Shown in pieces: positions 1-9,074 of a stretch of DNA of 64,000 bases. This DNA comes from Thermodesulfobacteriota bacterium (GTDB taxonomy: Bacteria; Desulfobacterota_D; UBA1144), in NCBI GenBank assembly GCA_036340075.1, contig JAYYZJ010000012.1:109696-173695 (forward strand), written 5' to 3'. A model generated the notes under the pieces. That model did no database searches, was not told where the DNA came from, and saw only the letters and a program-made list of their open reading frames with translations. Position 1 is the stretch's first letter. Each line of letters opens with the position of its first letter. Position numbers and translations under genes: made by a program.

Positions 1-316
1 ACAAATTAGCAAAGAAAATAAAAAAGAATGACCCACCAAGTAAAGGAAGAAACCTTCTAGCCTTTTCTTCGCTTCCAAATATATCCGCTATTAATTTTAG
101 TAAAAAATCTAAAGTAATAAATTCAAAAAAGGTTGTTAGAGAAAATTTAGGTGAAGGCGTCAAAGAAGCCTTGTCTTCAGTTGCCTCTAAGCATCTCTTT
201 CTAACTCTTAAAGAAAAGAATATTAATAAAGTAACAACAAGCACTGACCCAAATATATGATCATATTCACTAATACCTAACAGCTCTGTCCATTGGGCAT
301 GCTCTAATCCACTCAT
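1..316 (-). CDS. atpB: ATP synthase F0 subunit a, N-terminal part (gene runs off the left edge of the window)
   Basis: Absent from the ORF track because it has no in-window stop. My translation of the reverse strand from ATG 316..314 gives MSGLEHAQWTELLGISEYDHIFGSV... ending ...RRFLPLLGGSFFFIFFANL, typical of the first conserved helix of subunit a. It lies directly downstream of atpZ/atpI-like genes. Confidence 0.7.
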   Translation of the reverse strand, partial: MSGLEHAQWTELLGISEYDHIFGSVLVVTLLIFFSLRVRKRCLEATEDKASLTPSPKFSLTTFFEFITLDFLLKLIADIFGSEEKARRFLPLLGGSFFFIFFANL

Positions 317-319
317 ACT

Positions 320-652
320 TTATTTACCTTGAATTAAAAGAATAAACACAATTAAAATTACACTAAATCCTGTCAAAAATCCAATTAAATCTAGAGACAA
401 GAATTTGATTAAATAAATAATAATGCTAACTAGTAGTAGAATTTTAAGAAAGCCAAAAAAGAAAGCAATAAACTTTCCGGTTTCCTTTGTTGTAAATACC
501 TTTGTTAAAAGCTGTATAGAGAGAATGTTGACAAACGAAACTATTAGACCATAGAAAACTGCCTTAAAAAAAGGATTTTTGTAAAAATAGATACACGGAG
601 CTGTAATTATAAGACATATTATGGTTAATAATTTGTTTGATTTAGAAAACAT
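320..652 (-). CDS. atpI: small hydrophobic membrane protein, ATP synthase protein I-like
   Basis: 110 aa with about 4 predicted TM helices. Positioned between the atpZ-like gene and atpB, as in many F-ATPase operons. The call rests on position plus hydrophobicity only. Confidence 0.5.
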   Translation of the reverse strand: MFSKSNKLLTIICLIITAPCIYFYKNPFFKAVFYGLIVSFVNILSIQLLTKVFTTKETGKFIAFFFGFLKILLLVSIIIYLIKFLSLDLIGFLTGFSVILIVFILLIQGK

Positions 653-849
653 TAATCCCTCTTGTTTAACACTTTTAGCATTAAAGTGAATCCAGCAATA
701 GAACCTATAATTACTCCAAGTATAGTGAAGAGAGGCTGTTTATTGAAATATTTATCTGCTTCTCCACCTAGAAATATCCCTGACAATATACAGAATGCAA
801 GCTCGGTCCCCACAACAATGAATTTTATCCATGAGCTCTTTTGATTCAA
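652..849 (-). CDS. atpZ: AtpZ/ATPase_gene1 family small membrane protein
   Basis: 65 aa with two TM helices. GTELAFCILSGIFLGGEADKYF...PLFTILGVIIGSIAGF matches the AtpZ pattern. The TTG start overlaps the hemL stop (TTGA). Confidence 0.6.
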   Translation of the reverse strand: MNQKSSWIKFIVVGTELAFCILSGIFLGGEADKYFNKQPLFTILGVIIGSIAGFTLMLKVLNKRD

Positions 850-2144
850 TTATTTTTACCTATTGCTAATGCTGATTCTATACATTTATCAATAGTATAA
901 TCTAAATCCTTATAATTATGAGCAGTAGAAACAAACATTGTCTCAAATTGAGAAGGTGGAAGCATGATTCCCTTTGATAGTAGCAGATTAAAAAACTTTC
1001 CATATAAGCCATTATCACATGAAATTACATCTGAATAATTATTGATTGAATTTTTACTAAAGAAAAAAGTAAGCATTGAACCGATTTGATTAATTCGTAT
1101 ATTAGCAAACTTTTCATTATCAAATTTTTCTTTAATGTAAGACGCCTTCTCGTTAAGTTCTTTGTATAAATTAGGACTAGATTCAATTAACAGCTCAATT
1201 GTTTTTATTCCAGCTGCAACACCAACAGGATTTCCTGACAATGTACCAGCTTGATAAACTGGACCCATAGGAGACAGCATAGACATGATTTCTTTTCTTC
1301 CTCCGAATGCTCCAACAGGGAAACCTCCACCAATTATTTTTCCAATACATGTCATATCAGGTTGAACATCAAAATGCTCTTGTGCACCACCCAAGCTTAT
1401 TCTGTACCCAGAAACAACTTCGTCAAAAATCATCAATGTTTTATTTTCGTGCGCAATTTTTTTAATTTCCCTTAAGAATTCCGTATTTGGTAATACAGTA
1501 CCCATATTCGCGGGTACAGGTTCTAATATTATTGCAGCGATGGAATTAGGATTCTTTGCAAATACATTTCTAACACTTTCAATATCATTAAACTCGGCCA
1601 ACAATGTGTTTTTACTGAACTCATCTGGAACTCCTGGAGAAGAGGGAGTGCCAAATGTTGAAGCACCTGATCCTGCTTTAACCAATAAATAGTCAGCATG
1701 ACCATGATAACATCCCTGAAATTTGATTATTTTATCCTTCCTTGTAAAAGCTCTAGCTAGTCTTATACAGCTCATTGTTGCTTCTGTGCCTGAATTAGTT
1801 AAACGTACCATCTCCATTGAGGGAATTGTCTCTGTAATAAGTTTTGCTAATTTAATTTCATCTTTATGACATGCACCAAACGTTGTACCTTTACCCATTG
1901 CTTCCCTTGCAGCATTAATTATTTCTTCATTAGAGTGCCCAAAAATAAGTGGTCCAAATGATCCAACATAATCTATATATTTATTTCCGTCCTCATCAAA
2001 TAGATACGGACCCATAGCTTTTTTTATGAAGATTGGTTTTCCACCTACTGCTCCAAAAGACCTTACAGGACTATTAACCCCACCAGGTATTATTTCTGAT
2101 GCTTCTTTAAAAAGTTTTTCAGATATATTTGATGAATAACTCAC
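846..2144 (-). CDS. hemL: glutamate-1-semialdehyde 2,1-aminomutase
   Basis: 432 aa. N-terminal PGGVNSPVRSF, class III aminotransferase core, and FDEVVSGYR / IGKIIGGG (PLP lysine region). Confidence 0.95.
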   Translation of the reverse strand: MSYSSNISEKLFKEASEIIPGGVNSPVRSFGAVGGKPIFIKKAMGPYLFDEDGNKYIDYVGSFGPLIFGHSNEEIINAAREAMGKGTTFGACHKDEIKLAKLITETIPSMEMVRLTNSGTEATMSCIRLARAFTRKDKIIKFQGCYHGHADYLLVKAGSGASTFGTPSSPGVPDEFSKNTLLAEFNDIESVRNVFAKNPNSIAAIILEPVPANMGTVLPNTEFLREIKKIAHENKTLMIFDEVVSGYRISLGGAQEHFDVQPDMTCIGKIIGGGFPVGAFGGRKEIMSMLSPMGPVYQAGTLSGNPVGVAAGIKTIELLIESSPNLYKELNEKASYIKEKFDNEKFANIRINQIGSMLTFFFSKNSINNYSDVISCDNGLYGKFFNLLLSKGIMLPPSQFETMFVSTAHNYKDLDYTIDKCIESALAIGKNN

Positions 2145-2239
2145 ATGTTAAACAAAAAACATAATTAGTAGATTGTCAAGCTTCCACCCTGCTTAATACT
2201 GCTTTTATTGTAATAGAATACAGATAGACTTAATATTTA

Positions 2240-3112
2240 ATGAACAAACTTAATGTTATTTCGCCTGCTAAAATCAATTTAGATTTAATAATAAAGAGCA
2301 AAAGGGCGGACAATTATCATGAAATTAGTTCCCTAATTCAACCGATTGATTTAAACGATGTTATATCAATAACTTGTACCAATAGTTCTAATCTTATTGA
2401 GATAGATTTTCCTAATAATAATGTTCCTCTTGAAGAGAATTTAATAACAAAAGCGGCGGAATCTTTTTATCAGTTATTCGGAATTAACCAGTCTATTAAG
2501 ATATCAGTAAGAAAGAGGATACCCATAGGCTCTGGTATGGGAGGAGGAAGTAGTAATGCGGCAGCAACACTACTAGGTTTGTCAAAAATTTTCAATATAG
2601 ACTCATTTGATAAACTTCTAGAGATAGGAGATAGCTTAGGGGCAGACGTCCCCTTTTTTTTATACTGTAGAACAGCTCGTGTTTCTGGAAAAGGAGAGGA
2701 GATAAATATTGTCGAAACCCCACCAAAATTAAGATACCTATTAATTTTTCCAGGATTTTCATCTGAGACCAAAGAGCTTTATAATTTGTGGGATTCAAAA
2801 GAATCTTTTGATTCTAATGATATAGACAGAAATAAAACAAAGAAAATTATTTTTAAAAAAGAAGAGCTTTATTTAAGAAATGACTTTATACCCCTATTGC
2901 TAGAAAAAAATTCTGAATATGCAAGAATTTTTACTACTCTTGATAATCTAGGATTTGAAAATTATTCCATCTCCGGAAGTGGATCGACTATTTTCTCTGT
3001 TCTGAATAATGAGGCTGACACCAAAGAGGCCGAAAGTTATATCCAATCATCTATGGATGTTAGAGCAATAACAGTTGAGTCAGTTGAGGGATGGAGATTT
3101 TCTTATGATTGA
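2240..3112 (+). CDS. ispE: 4-diphosphocytidyl-2-C-methyl-D-erythritol kinase
   Basis: 290 aa. SPAKINLDL N-terminus and GHMP kinase loop IPIGSGMGGGSSNAAA. Confidence 0.9.
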   Translation: MNKLNVISPAKINLDLIIKSKRADNYHEISSLIQPIDLNDVISITCTNSSNLIEIDFPNNNVPLEENLITKAAESFYQLFGINQSIKISVRKRIPIGSGMGGGSSNAAATLLGLSKIFNIDSFDKLLEIGDSLGADVPFFLYCRTARVSGKGEEINIVETPPKLRYLLIFPGFSSETKELYNLWDSKESFDSNDIDRNKTKKIIFKKEELYLRNDFIPLLLEKNSEYARIFTTLDNLGFENYSISGSGSTIFSVLNNEADTKEAESYIQSSMDVRAITVESVEGWRFSYD

Positions 3113-3145
3113 ATTTATTTAAATTTTCAGTATCATCATACAGAT

Positions 3146-3216
3146 TGGCCCGTCGTCTAATGGCAGGACTCTTGGTTTTGGTCCAAGCAATGGAGGTTCG
3201 AATCCTTCCGGGCCAG
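3146..3216 (+). tRNA. tRNA-Gln (anticodon UUG)
   Basis: Hand-folded cloverleaf. Acceptor TGGCCCG/CGGGCCA, anticodon stem CTTGG/CCAAG with loop TTTTGGT (anticodon TTG), T-arm GGAGG-TTCGAAT-CCTTC. CCA is not encoded. Confidence 0.9.
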
Positions 3217-3262
3217 TTCTAGCTTCACTTATTAGTGTAAAAATTGTATAATGAGGGTGCCT

Positions 3263-4411
3263 ATGAGTGCTAACGAATACGAGAATTTTCAATCTAATTC
3301 AAACTCTAGCTCTAATACTGAATCTAGTGGGTCAGGAGAGTTGGATGATAAAGCTTTATTGGAAGAATACCAAAAAGCTACTTTAAGAAATGTAAATTCT
3401 CAAAGCAAGAAAAAGGACTGGGTTCCAGATGAGCAATATAGATTGCTATATGTTTATTTTAAGGACATGTCTTTAGAGCCCTTATTAAAATCGAAACAAG
3501 AAGTTGAGGTCTCGTCGAAAATTAAAAAATGTGAAGCTAACGCCTTACATTTTCAAGAGTTGATTGATAAAATTCGTACATCAAAAATTAGTCAACCAGA
3601 AAATAAAAAACTTATCAGTCTTAAGGGTGGAAAGAAGAGGAGAGTTGTTGAATTCGAAGGATTTGTCAGAGCTTATACAAATCTTGCAAATAGATTGAAA
3701 GAAAGATTTGTTAAGGCAAATCTCAGATTGGTTGTTAGTATAGCAAAAAGATATATTGGAAGAGGGCTAGCTTTACAGGATTTAATACAAGAAGGAAATG
3801 TAGGCTTGATGAGAGCTGTTGAAAGATTTGACCATACAAAAGGATTTAAATTTTCTACATATGCCTCTTGGTGGATTCATCAAGCAATCTCTAGAGCACT
3901 CTTAGACCAAACAAGAACAATTAGAGTGCCAGTTTATGTTTTAGAACAAGCAAGTAAAGTATTTAAGGCAAGTACTGCATTACAAAAAGAATTGGGAAGA
4001 AAACCAACTCCTTTAGAAATTGCAGAAAGAGTGGGAATCTCTTTAGATGGAGTTAAAAGAATCTTAGAGTCTACTAACGAAGTAGTGCAATTAGATACAC
4101 CGGTATTTGATGGGGAAAAAGCAACGCTCTTAGATTTTATACCAGATGAAGGTTCTCCTGTTCCAGATAAAATAGTAGCAGAAAGTTCTTTAACTGAAAG
4201 AATCAAAGGAGCTTTAAAAGCCCTTACCCCTCGTGAAGAAGAAATTATAAAGATGAGATTCGGTATTGATATGGAGAGCACTTATACATTAGATGAAATA
4301 GGTAAAAAATTTGACCTTACAAGAGAAAGGATACGACAGATTGAGAAAAAAGCCTTAGAGAAACTGGCCAAATCTGATATCGGTGAAGTCCTTAAAAGTT
4401 TCCTAGAATAA
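3263..4411 (+). CDS. RNA polymerase sigma-70 family factor (group 1/2-like, RpoD/RpoS type)
   Basis: Region 2 is [27 protein letters not shown]; regions 3 and 4 are present ([34 protein letters not shown]). ATG 3263 is preferred over the track start at 3251 because GAGGG lies 5 nt upstream of it. Confidence 0.85.
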   Translation: MSANEYENFQSNSNSSSNTESSGSGELDDKALLEEYQKATLRNVNSQSKKKDWVPDEQYRLLYVYFKDMSLEPLLKSKQEVEVSSKIKKCEANALHFQELIDKIRTSKISQPENKKLISLKGGKKRRVVEFEGFVRAYTNLANRLKERFVKANLRLVVSIAKRYIGRGLALQDLIQEGNVGLMRAVERFDHTKGFKFSTYASWWIHQAISRALLDQTRTIRVPVYVLEQASKVFKASTALQKELGRKPTPLEIAERVGISLDGVKRILESTNEVVQLDTPVFDGEKATLLDFIPDEGSPVPDKIVAESSLTERIKGALKALTPREEEIIKMRFGIDMESTYTLDEIGKKFDLTRERIRQIEKKALEKLAKSDIGEVLKSFLE

Positions 4412-4438
4412 AACAAAGTATTTTGATAAAATAAGCTA

Positions 4439-5491
4439 ATGAGTAAAGTTAAATTTGGTCTCGTCCCCCCAATGCCTGGTGCTGATGCGAGTGGTCTTTT
4501 GAACTTTTCAGTAAAAGCAGATGAATTAGGTTTTGATAGTCTTTGGTTTCCTGACCATTTAGCTTTTATAGCTCCTCATCCAGCTTTTGAGGCATGGACA
4601 ATTGCCGCAGCAGTTGCGGCTAATACAAAAAATATTACTTTAGGAGCAACTTCGGATCCTCACAGAAACCACCCAGCTGTTTTTGCTCAAAGACTTGCAA
4701 CTATTGATCATATATCAAAAGGTAGAGCCGCTCTTGCCTTAGGGGTTGGTGAATCAATGAATCTTGATGCATATGGAATTCCTTGGGATAAACCTTTTGA
4801 AAGAATGGTAGAGTCAGTTGAGGCTATGAAGCTTCTCTGGTCAACTAAAGAACCAGTTAATTTTGAAGGGGATTTTTTTAATATGAACCAAGCATCATTG
4901 TTGCTAAATCTTTACGAAGATAGACCAAGCATCCCTTTTTACTTTGCTACTCATACAGACAAAGGATTAGATTTAACTGGAAGAATAGGAGATGGATGGA
5001 TGCCTATAGATTTAACTCCAGATTTATACAAAGAGTCTCTAGACAAAATTATTACATCAGCAAATCAGACTGGACGAACAAGTGACGATATAGACTCTAC
5101 CTTGTGGGTATTTACTTCCTTAGGAGAAAATGAGGACGAAGCCTATAAAACCTTAGAGCCTTTTAGGTATGTTTGCATTATGCAGGATCAATTGAAACGC
5201 GCAGGATACGACATCGATATACCAGAAGAATACAAAGGCTTGAATTATTTTAATATAACGCCTACAGATGAAGACAGGAAGCAAAAATTTAGGGATATGG
5301 GTCAATATTTTCCTAGAGAGGCTGTAATTGATTTTACGATTACTGGATCAAAGGATGATTGCATAAAGAAAATAGAAAGATACATAGACAAGGGAGTTAA
5401 ACACTTTGTTCTATTCCATTATTTTAGCCCTAATCCAGACAATGCAATGGAAGTATATGCTAAAGATATAATCCCATATTTTAATTCTTAG
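4439..5491 (+). CDS. luciferase-like monooxygenase (LLM) family flavin/F420-type oxidoreductase
   Basis: 350 aa. GFDSLWFPDHL, HP..FAQRLATIDHISKGRAALALGVGE and other TIM-barrel LLM/Mer-like patterns. Cofactor and substrate unknown. Confidence 0.7.
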   Translation: MSKVKFGLVPPMPGADASGLLNFSVKADELGFDSLWFPDHLAFIAPHPAFEAWTIAAAVAANTKNITLGATSDPHRNHPAVFAQRLATIDHISKGRAALALGVGESMNLDAYGIPWDKPFERMVESVEAMKLLWSTKEPVNFEGDFFNMNQASLLLNLYEDRPSIPFYFATHTDKGLDLTGRIGDGWMPIDLTPDLYKESLDKIITSANQTGRTSDDIDSTLWVFTSLGENEDEAYKTLEPFRYVCIMQDQLKRAGYDIDIPEEYKGLNYFNITPTDEDRKQKFRDMGQYFPREAVIDFTITGSKDDCIKKIERYIDKGVKHFVLFHYFSPNPDNAMEVYAKDIIPYFNS

Positions 5492-7056
5492 TTATTCTCA
5501 AGAACTATTTCGTTAAAATCTATGATTCCCATACTTGTGAAGCCCGCATCATTAATTCTTTTGCTTTTCAAGTAAAGCTGAACAGAATAAAAAATAGGCA
5601 TTATAGCAATCTCTTCAATAGTAAGTATTTTGTTAGCTTCTTGGTATAGCTTTTCGCTTTCCTCTGCATTGTAATTAGAAGAAGCAAGTCTAACAGCATT
5701 ATCATATTGAATATTACACCATCCAGTTTCGTTGTTACCGCTACTACAAGTAAAAAGATTCATAAAATTATGAGCATGTGGATAATCTGCAATCCATCCA
5801 CCTCTAAACATGTGAGGCCTATTATTGTCTAAAGTGCTCAAATATATTTTCCATTCCAAGCCTTCTATGTCTATTGTAATTCCTAGAATCTCTGACCATC
5901 TATTTTGAAGAATCTCAGCAATAATCCTATTATTGCCAGATTCAGGATATAAAAGTTTTACATTAGGAAATTTGCTTCTATCTTTATATCCATTTTCATC
6001 TAGAATTTTTTTTGCTAAATCAATATTCTTTGAATCAAAAAAATATAAGTTTTTATTAGAAAGTTTTGTTTTCATTGGTGGAATATTCTCAGGTAACCAA
6101 TTATTGGTTGGCCTAACTGTTCCTTGAAATACCTTTTCAAAAATTCTTTTATCTATGGATATTGCAAAAGCTTTTCTAATCTTTTTATTGTCGAAGGGTG
6201 GCTTGTTAACATTAAAGCCAATATATGTATTAGCAAACCTTTCTTTTGATCTAAGCAAACCTTTTCTTTTTAAATAAGGTATTTCAAGAAGAGGAATGCC
6301 ACTACCATCAACAACATCAAGTTTTCCATTTTCAAACATTGCCAAAGATGATGTTGGATTGCTGTTCATTACTAAAATTATTCTTTTCCTTGATGGATTC
6401 TTAGGTTTTAATAAAATAAAATCATGGTTTTCCCATTTGCTCAAAATATAGTTACCCAAAGTTACAATGTTTTCAGGTTCAATCCATTTTTCTCCATATT
6501 TTTCTATTATGTCTTTCCTTATTGGGAACGTAGACATGAAACTCAAAAGACTAATAAAATAAGATTTCTTGTTTGTTAAAGTAATTTCTAAAGTCTCAAG
6601 GTCTATGGCTCTAATGCCAACTTTGTTAAAATCAGAGATTTTTCCTAAATTATATTCTTTCGCATTCTTAATATCATATAAAAAATATGCGTAATCTGCT
6701 GCTGTTTTTGGATTAAGTAATCTCTCCCAAGAATCTATAAAATGCTTAGCTTCTAATTTTTTTCCATCACTCCAAAAATTTTTTTTTATCTTTATTGTTA
6801 TAACTTTACCGCTTTTATCTATTGTCCATGATTCAGCCAAATTAGGGACGATTTCATTATTATTATTTATTCTTGTTAGACCATGCATAATGTTGTTGAT
6901 TATTTGGAACGAAGTACTATCAGTAGCGAGATTCCAATCCAAGGTTGGCGGCTCGTTGCCTATATTAATCCTAATTGAATCCGAACTGTTTGAATAAGAT
7001 GAATTTGTAAATAAAAGTAAAAAGATTAAGGAATAAAGAAAAGTTGTAAATTTCAA
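5488..7056 (-). CDS. ABC transporter substrate-binding protein, family 5 (peptide/nickel, OppA/DppA-like)
   Basis: 522 aa with an N-terminal signal peptide and overall family-5 SBP pattern (LDWNLATDSTS, GLTR.., IADYPHAHNF). Confidence 0.8.
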   Translation of the reverse strand: MKFTTFLYSLIFLLLFTNSSYSNSSDSIRINIGNEPPTLDWNLATDSTSFQIINNIMHGLTRINNNNEIVPNLAESWTIDKSGKVITIKIKKNFWSDGKKLEAKHFIDSWERLLNPKTAADYAYFLYDIKNAKEYNLGKISDFNKVGIRAIDLETLEITLTNKKSYFISLLSFMSTFPIRKDIIEKYGEKWIEPENIVTLGNYILSKWENHDFILLKPKNPSRKRIILVMNSNPTSSLAMFENGKLDVVDGSGIPLLEIPYLKRKGLLRSKERFANTYIGFNVNKPPFDNKKIRKAFAISIDKRIFEKVFQGTVRPTNNWLPENIPPMKTKLSNKNLYFFDSKNIDLAKKILDENGYKDRSKFPNVKLLYPESGNNRIIAEILQNRWSEILGITIDIEGLEWKIYLSTLDNNRPHMFRGGWIADYPHAHNFMNLFTCSSGNNETGWCNIQYDNAVRLASSNYNAEESEKLYQEANKILTIEEIAIMPIFYSVQLYLKSKRINDAGFTSMGIIDFNEIVLENN

Positions 7057-7059
7057 AAT

Positions 7060-7560
7060 CTATTCTTGCTCTGGGTCTTCAACTGTGATTAGGTGAGCCC
7101 CAAGTTCAACGGTATCTCCTTCCTGAACATTGATTTCAGTAACCTTTCCAGAAATAGAAGTTTTTAGCTCACTTTCCATTTTCATTGCTTCAACAACTAT
7201 TAAGCCTTCTCCTTCTGAAACTTCATCACCAATATTTTTCAGTAATTTTATAATCCTTCCAGGCATTGGAGCATTTATTTTATCTATTCCAGATGCATTA
7301 TCTAAACCGGTTCTTTCTCTTTGAGAAGGGATTTCAAATTCAAACAAATCTCCTCTAAAATAAATTTGGATTTTCTTACCTTCTTTATTGATAGAAATAT
7401 TATAAGTTGAGCCATCAACCACGAAAGAATAAAGATTAGAGTCAACTTTTATTAATTCTCCTGAAAATTCTTTATCCTCTAAGGTAACTATATATCCTCC
7501 ATCTTGTTCATTAAGATCAAAAGAAATTAATTTGTTAGCTATTTTTATATCATATTTCAT
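7060..7560 (-). CDS. biotin carboxyl carrier domain protein with N-terminal beta-rich extension (BT-domain-like)
   Basis: 166 aa. The C-terminal biotinyl domain carries VVEAMKMES (AMKM biotinylation motif). Lies 2 nt downstream of the biotin carboxylase stop. Confidence 0.85.
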   Translation of the reverse strand: MKYDIKIANKLISFDLNEQDGGYIVTLEDKEFSGELIKVDSNLYSFVVDGSTYNISINKEGKKIQIYFRGDLFEFEIPSQRERTGLDNASGIDKINAPMPGRIIKLLKNIGDEVSEGEGLIVVEAMKMESELKTSISGKVTEINVQEGDTVELGAHLITVEDPEQE

Positions 7561-7562
7561 TT

Positions 7563-9059
7563 TTACGATAAAGAATTTCTAGAAATACCAGATCTCCTTG
7601 CAATATATTTCCATGGTGTAAATTTAGGATCCCTCTTGTTAATTTGTGTGCCGTTGAAAGTATGAAGTACGATTGCAGATGCAACTAAAGCCAAATCGCT
7701 ATTTTCTTTAGGAACAGATAAAAGCTCTTGATGATTTTCAATAAATCCCGTGTCTAGCTTACCTTCAATAAAATCCAAATCTGACATCAATCTTATTAAA
7801 AATCCTAAATTTGTTCTCACACCAAGTACAACATATTCTGATAGAGCTCGACTCATCCTTTTTATAGCATCTTCTCTGTCATTGCCCCAGACAATTAATT
7901 TAGACAGCATTGGATCATAAAAAGTTGTTACTTCGTATCCATTATATAAAGAAGAGTCATCTCTCACCCCAGGACCTTGTGGAGATTTTACATAATTGAT
8001 AATCCCAGGAGTTGGAAGGAAATTGTTGTCCGGATCTTCAGCGCATACTCTACATTCCATTGCATGACCTTTTCTTGATATATCTTCTTGTTTGAAACTT
8101 AATTTATTTCCACAAGCAATTGATATCATTTCCTTTACAATATCTATTCCTGTTATCATTTCTGTAATAGGATGCTCAACTTGAACTCTTGTATTCATTT
8201 CAAGAAAATAAAAATTCTCTTTTTGATCCATAATGAATTCAACTGTTCCAGCGCCATAATAAGATACTTCTTTTGCTAATTTTACTGCTATTTTTCCCAT
8301 TTTTTTTCTGGTTTCTTCACTTACCCCAGGAGAAGGAGCTTCTTCTACAACTTTTTGATGTCTTCTTTGAATTGAACATTCTCTCTCAAATAAGTGAACA
8401 ACATTGCCTTTTTTGTCGCCTAAAACTTGTATTTCTATATGTCTTGGTTCTTGAACAAACTTTTCAATAAAAACTGCATCATTATTGAAAGCAGACCTTG
8501 CTTCACTCTTTGCCATTCGCAAAGAACTTTCAAATTCGGATTCTTCATGAACTAGCCTCATGCCCTTTCCTCCACCACCAGCTGAAGCTTTAATCATTAA
8601 AGGAAAACCTATCTTTTTTGCTTCAGATAAGGCCTCACTATCGCTAACCTCTCCTTCAGTGCCCGGGACCAAAGGAACTTTTGCTGCTTTAGCAATTTCT
8701 CTTGAAGTTATTTTATCTCCCATTTTTTCTATAGAATCAGGACTTGGTCCTATAAAATCTATTTTTGCCCTTTCACATTGTTTTGCGAACTCAGCATTCT
8801 CTGATAAAAAACCATAGCCTGGATGAATAGCATCACACTTTGCTTTTTTTGCAACTTTTAAAATATTTTCACCTATTAAATAACTCTGACTTGGTAATGG
8901 TTTACCAATGTTGTAAGACTCATCCGATAAATTTACATGAAGAGAATTTTTGTCAGCATCTGAATAGACAGCCACAGTTTTAATTTCGAGCTCTTTGCAT
9001 GCTCTTATTATTCTTACAGCAATTTCTCCTCGATTAGCAATTAGAATTTTTTTGTACAT
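7563..9059 (-). CDS. biotin carboxylase subunit of an acyl-CoA carboxylase
   Basis: 498 aa. KILIANRGEIAVRIIRAC, the ATP-grasp glycine loop GGGGKGMR, and EMNTRVQVEHPITE. Confidence 0.95.
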   Translation of the reverse strand: MYKKILIANRGEIAVRIIRACKELEIKTVAVYSDADKNSLHVNLSDESYNIGKPLPSQSYLIGENILKVAKKAKCDAIHPGYGFLSENAEFAKQCERAKIDFIGPSPDSIEKMGDKITSREIAKAAKVPLVPGTEGEVSDSEALSEAKKIGFPLMIKASAGGGGKGMRLVHEESEFESSLRMAKSEARSAFNNDAVFIEKFVQEPRHIEIQVLGDKKGNVVHLFERECSIQRRHQKVVEEAPSPGVSEETRKKMGKIAVKLAKEVSYYGAGTVEFIMDQKENFYFLEMNTRVQVEHPITEMITGIDIVKEMISIACGNKLSFKQEDISRKGHAMECRVCAEDPDNNFLPTPGIINYVKSPQGPGVRDDSSLYNGYEVTTFYDPMLSKLIVWGNDREDAIKRMSRALSEYVVLGVRTNLGFLIRLMSDLDFIEGKLDTGFIENHQELLSVPKENSDLALVASAIVLHTFNGTQINKRDPKFTPWKYIARRSGISRNSLS

Positions 9060-9074
9060 TAAGATTCTCCAAAA

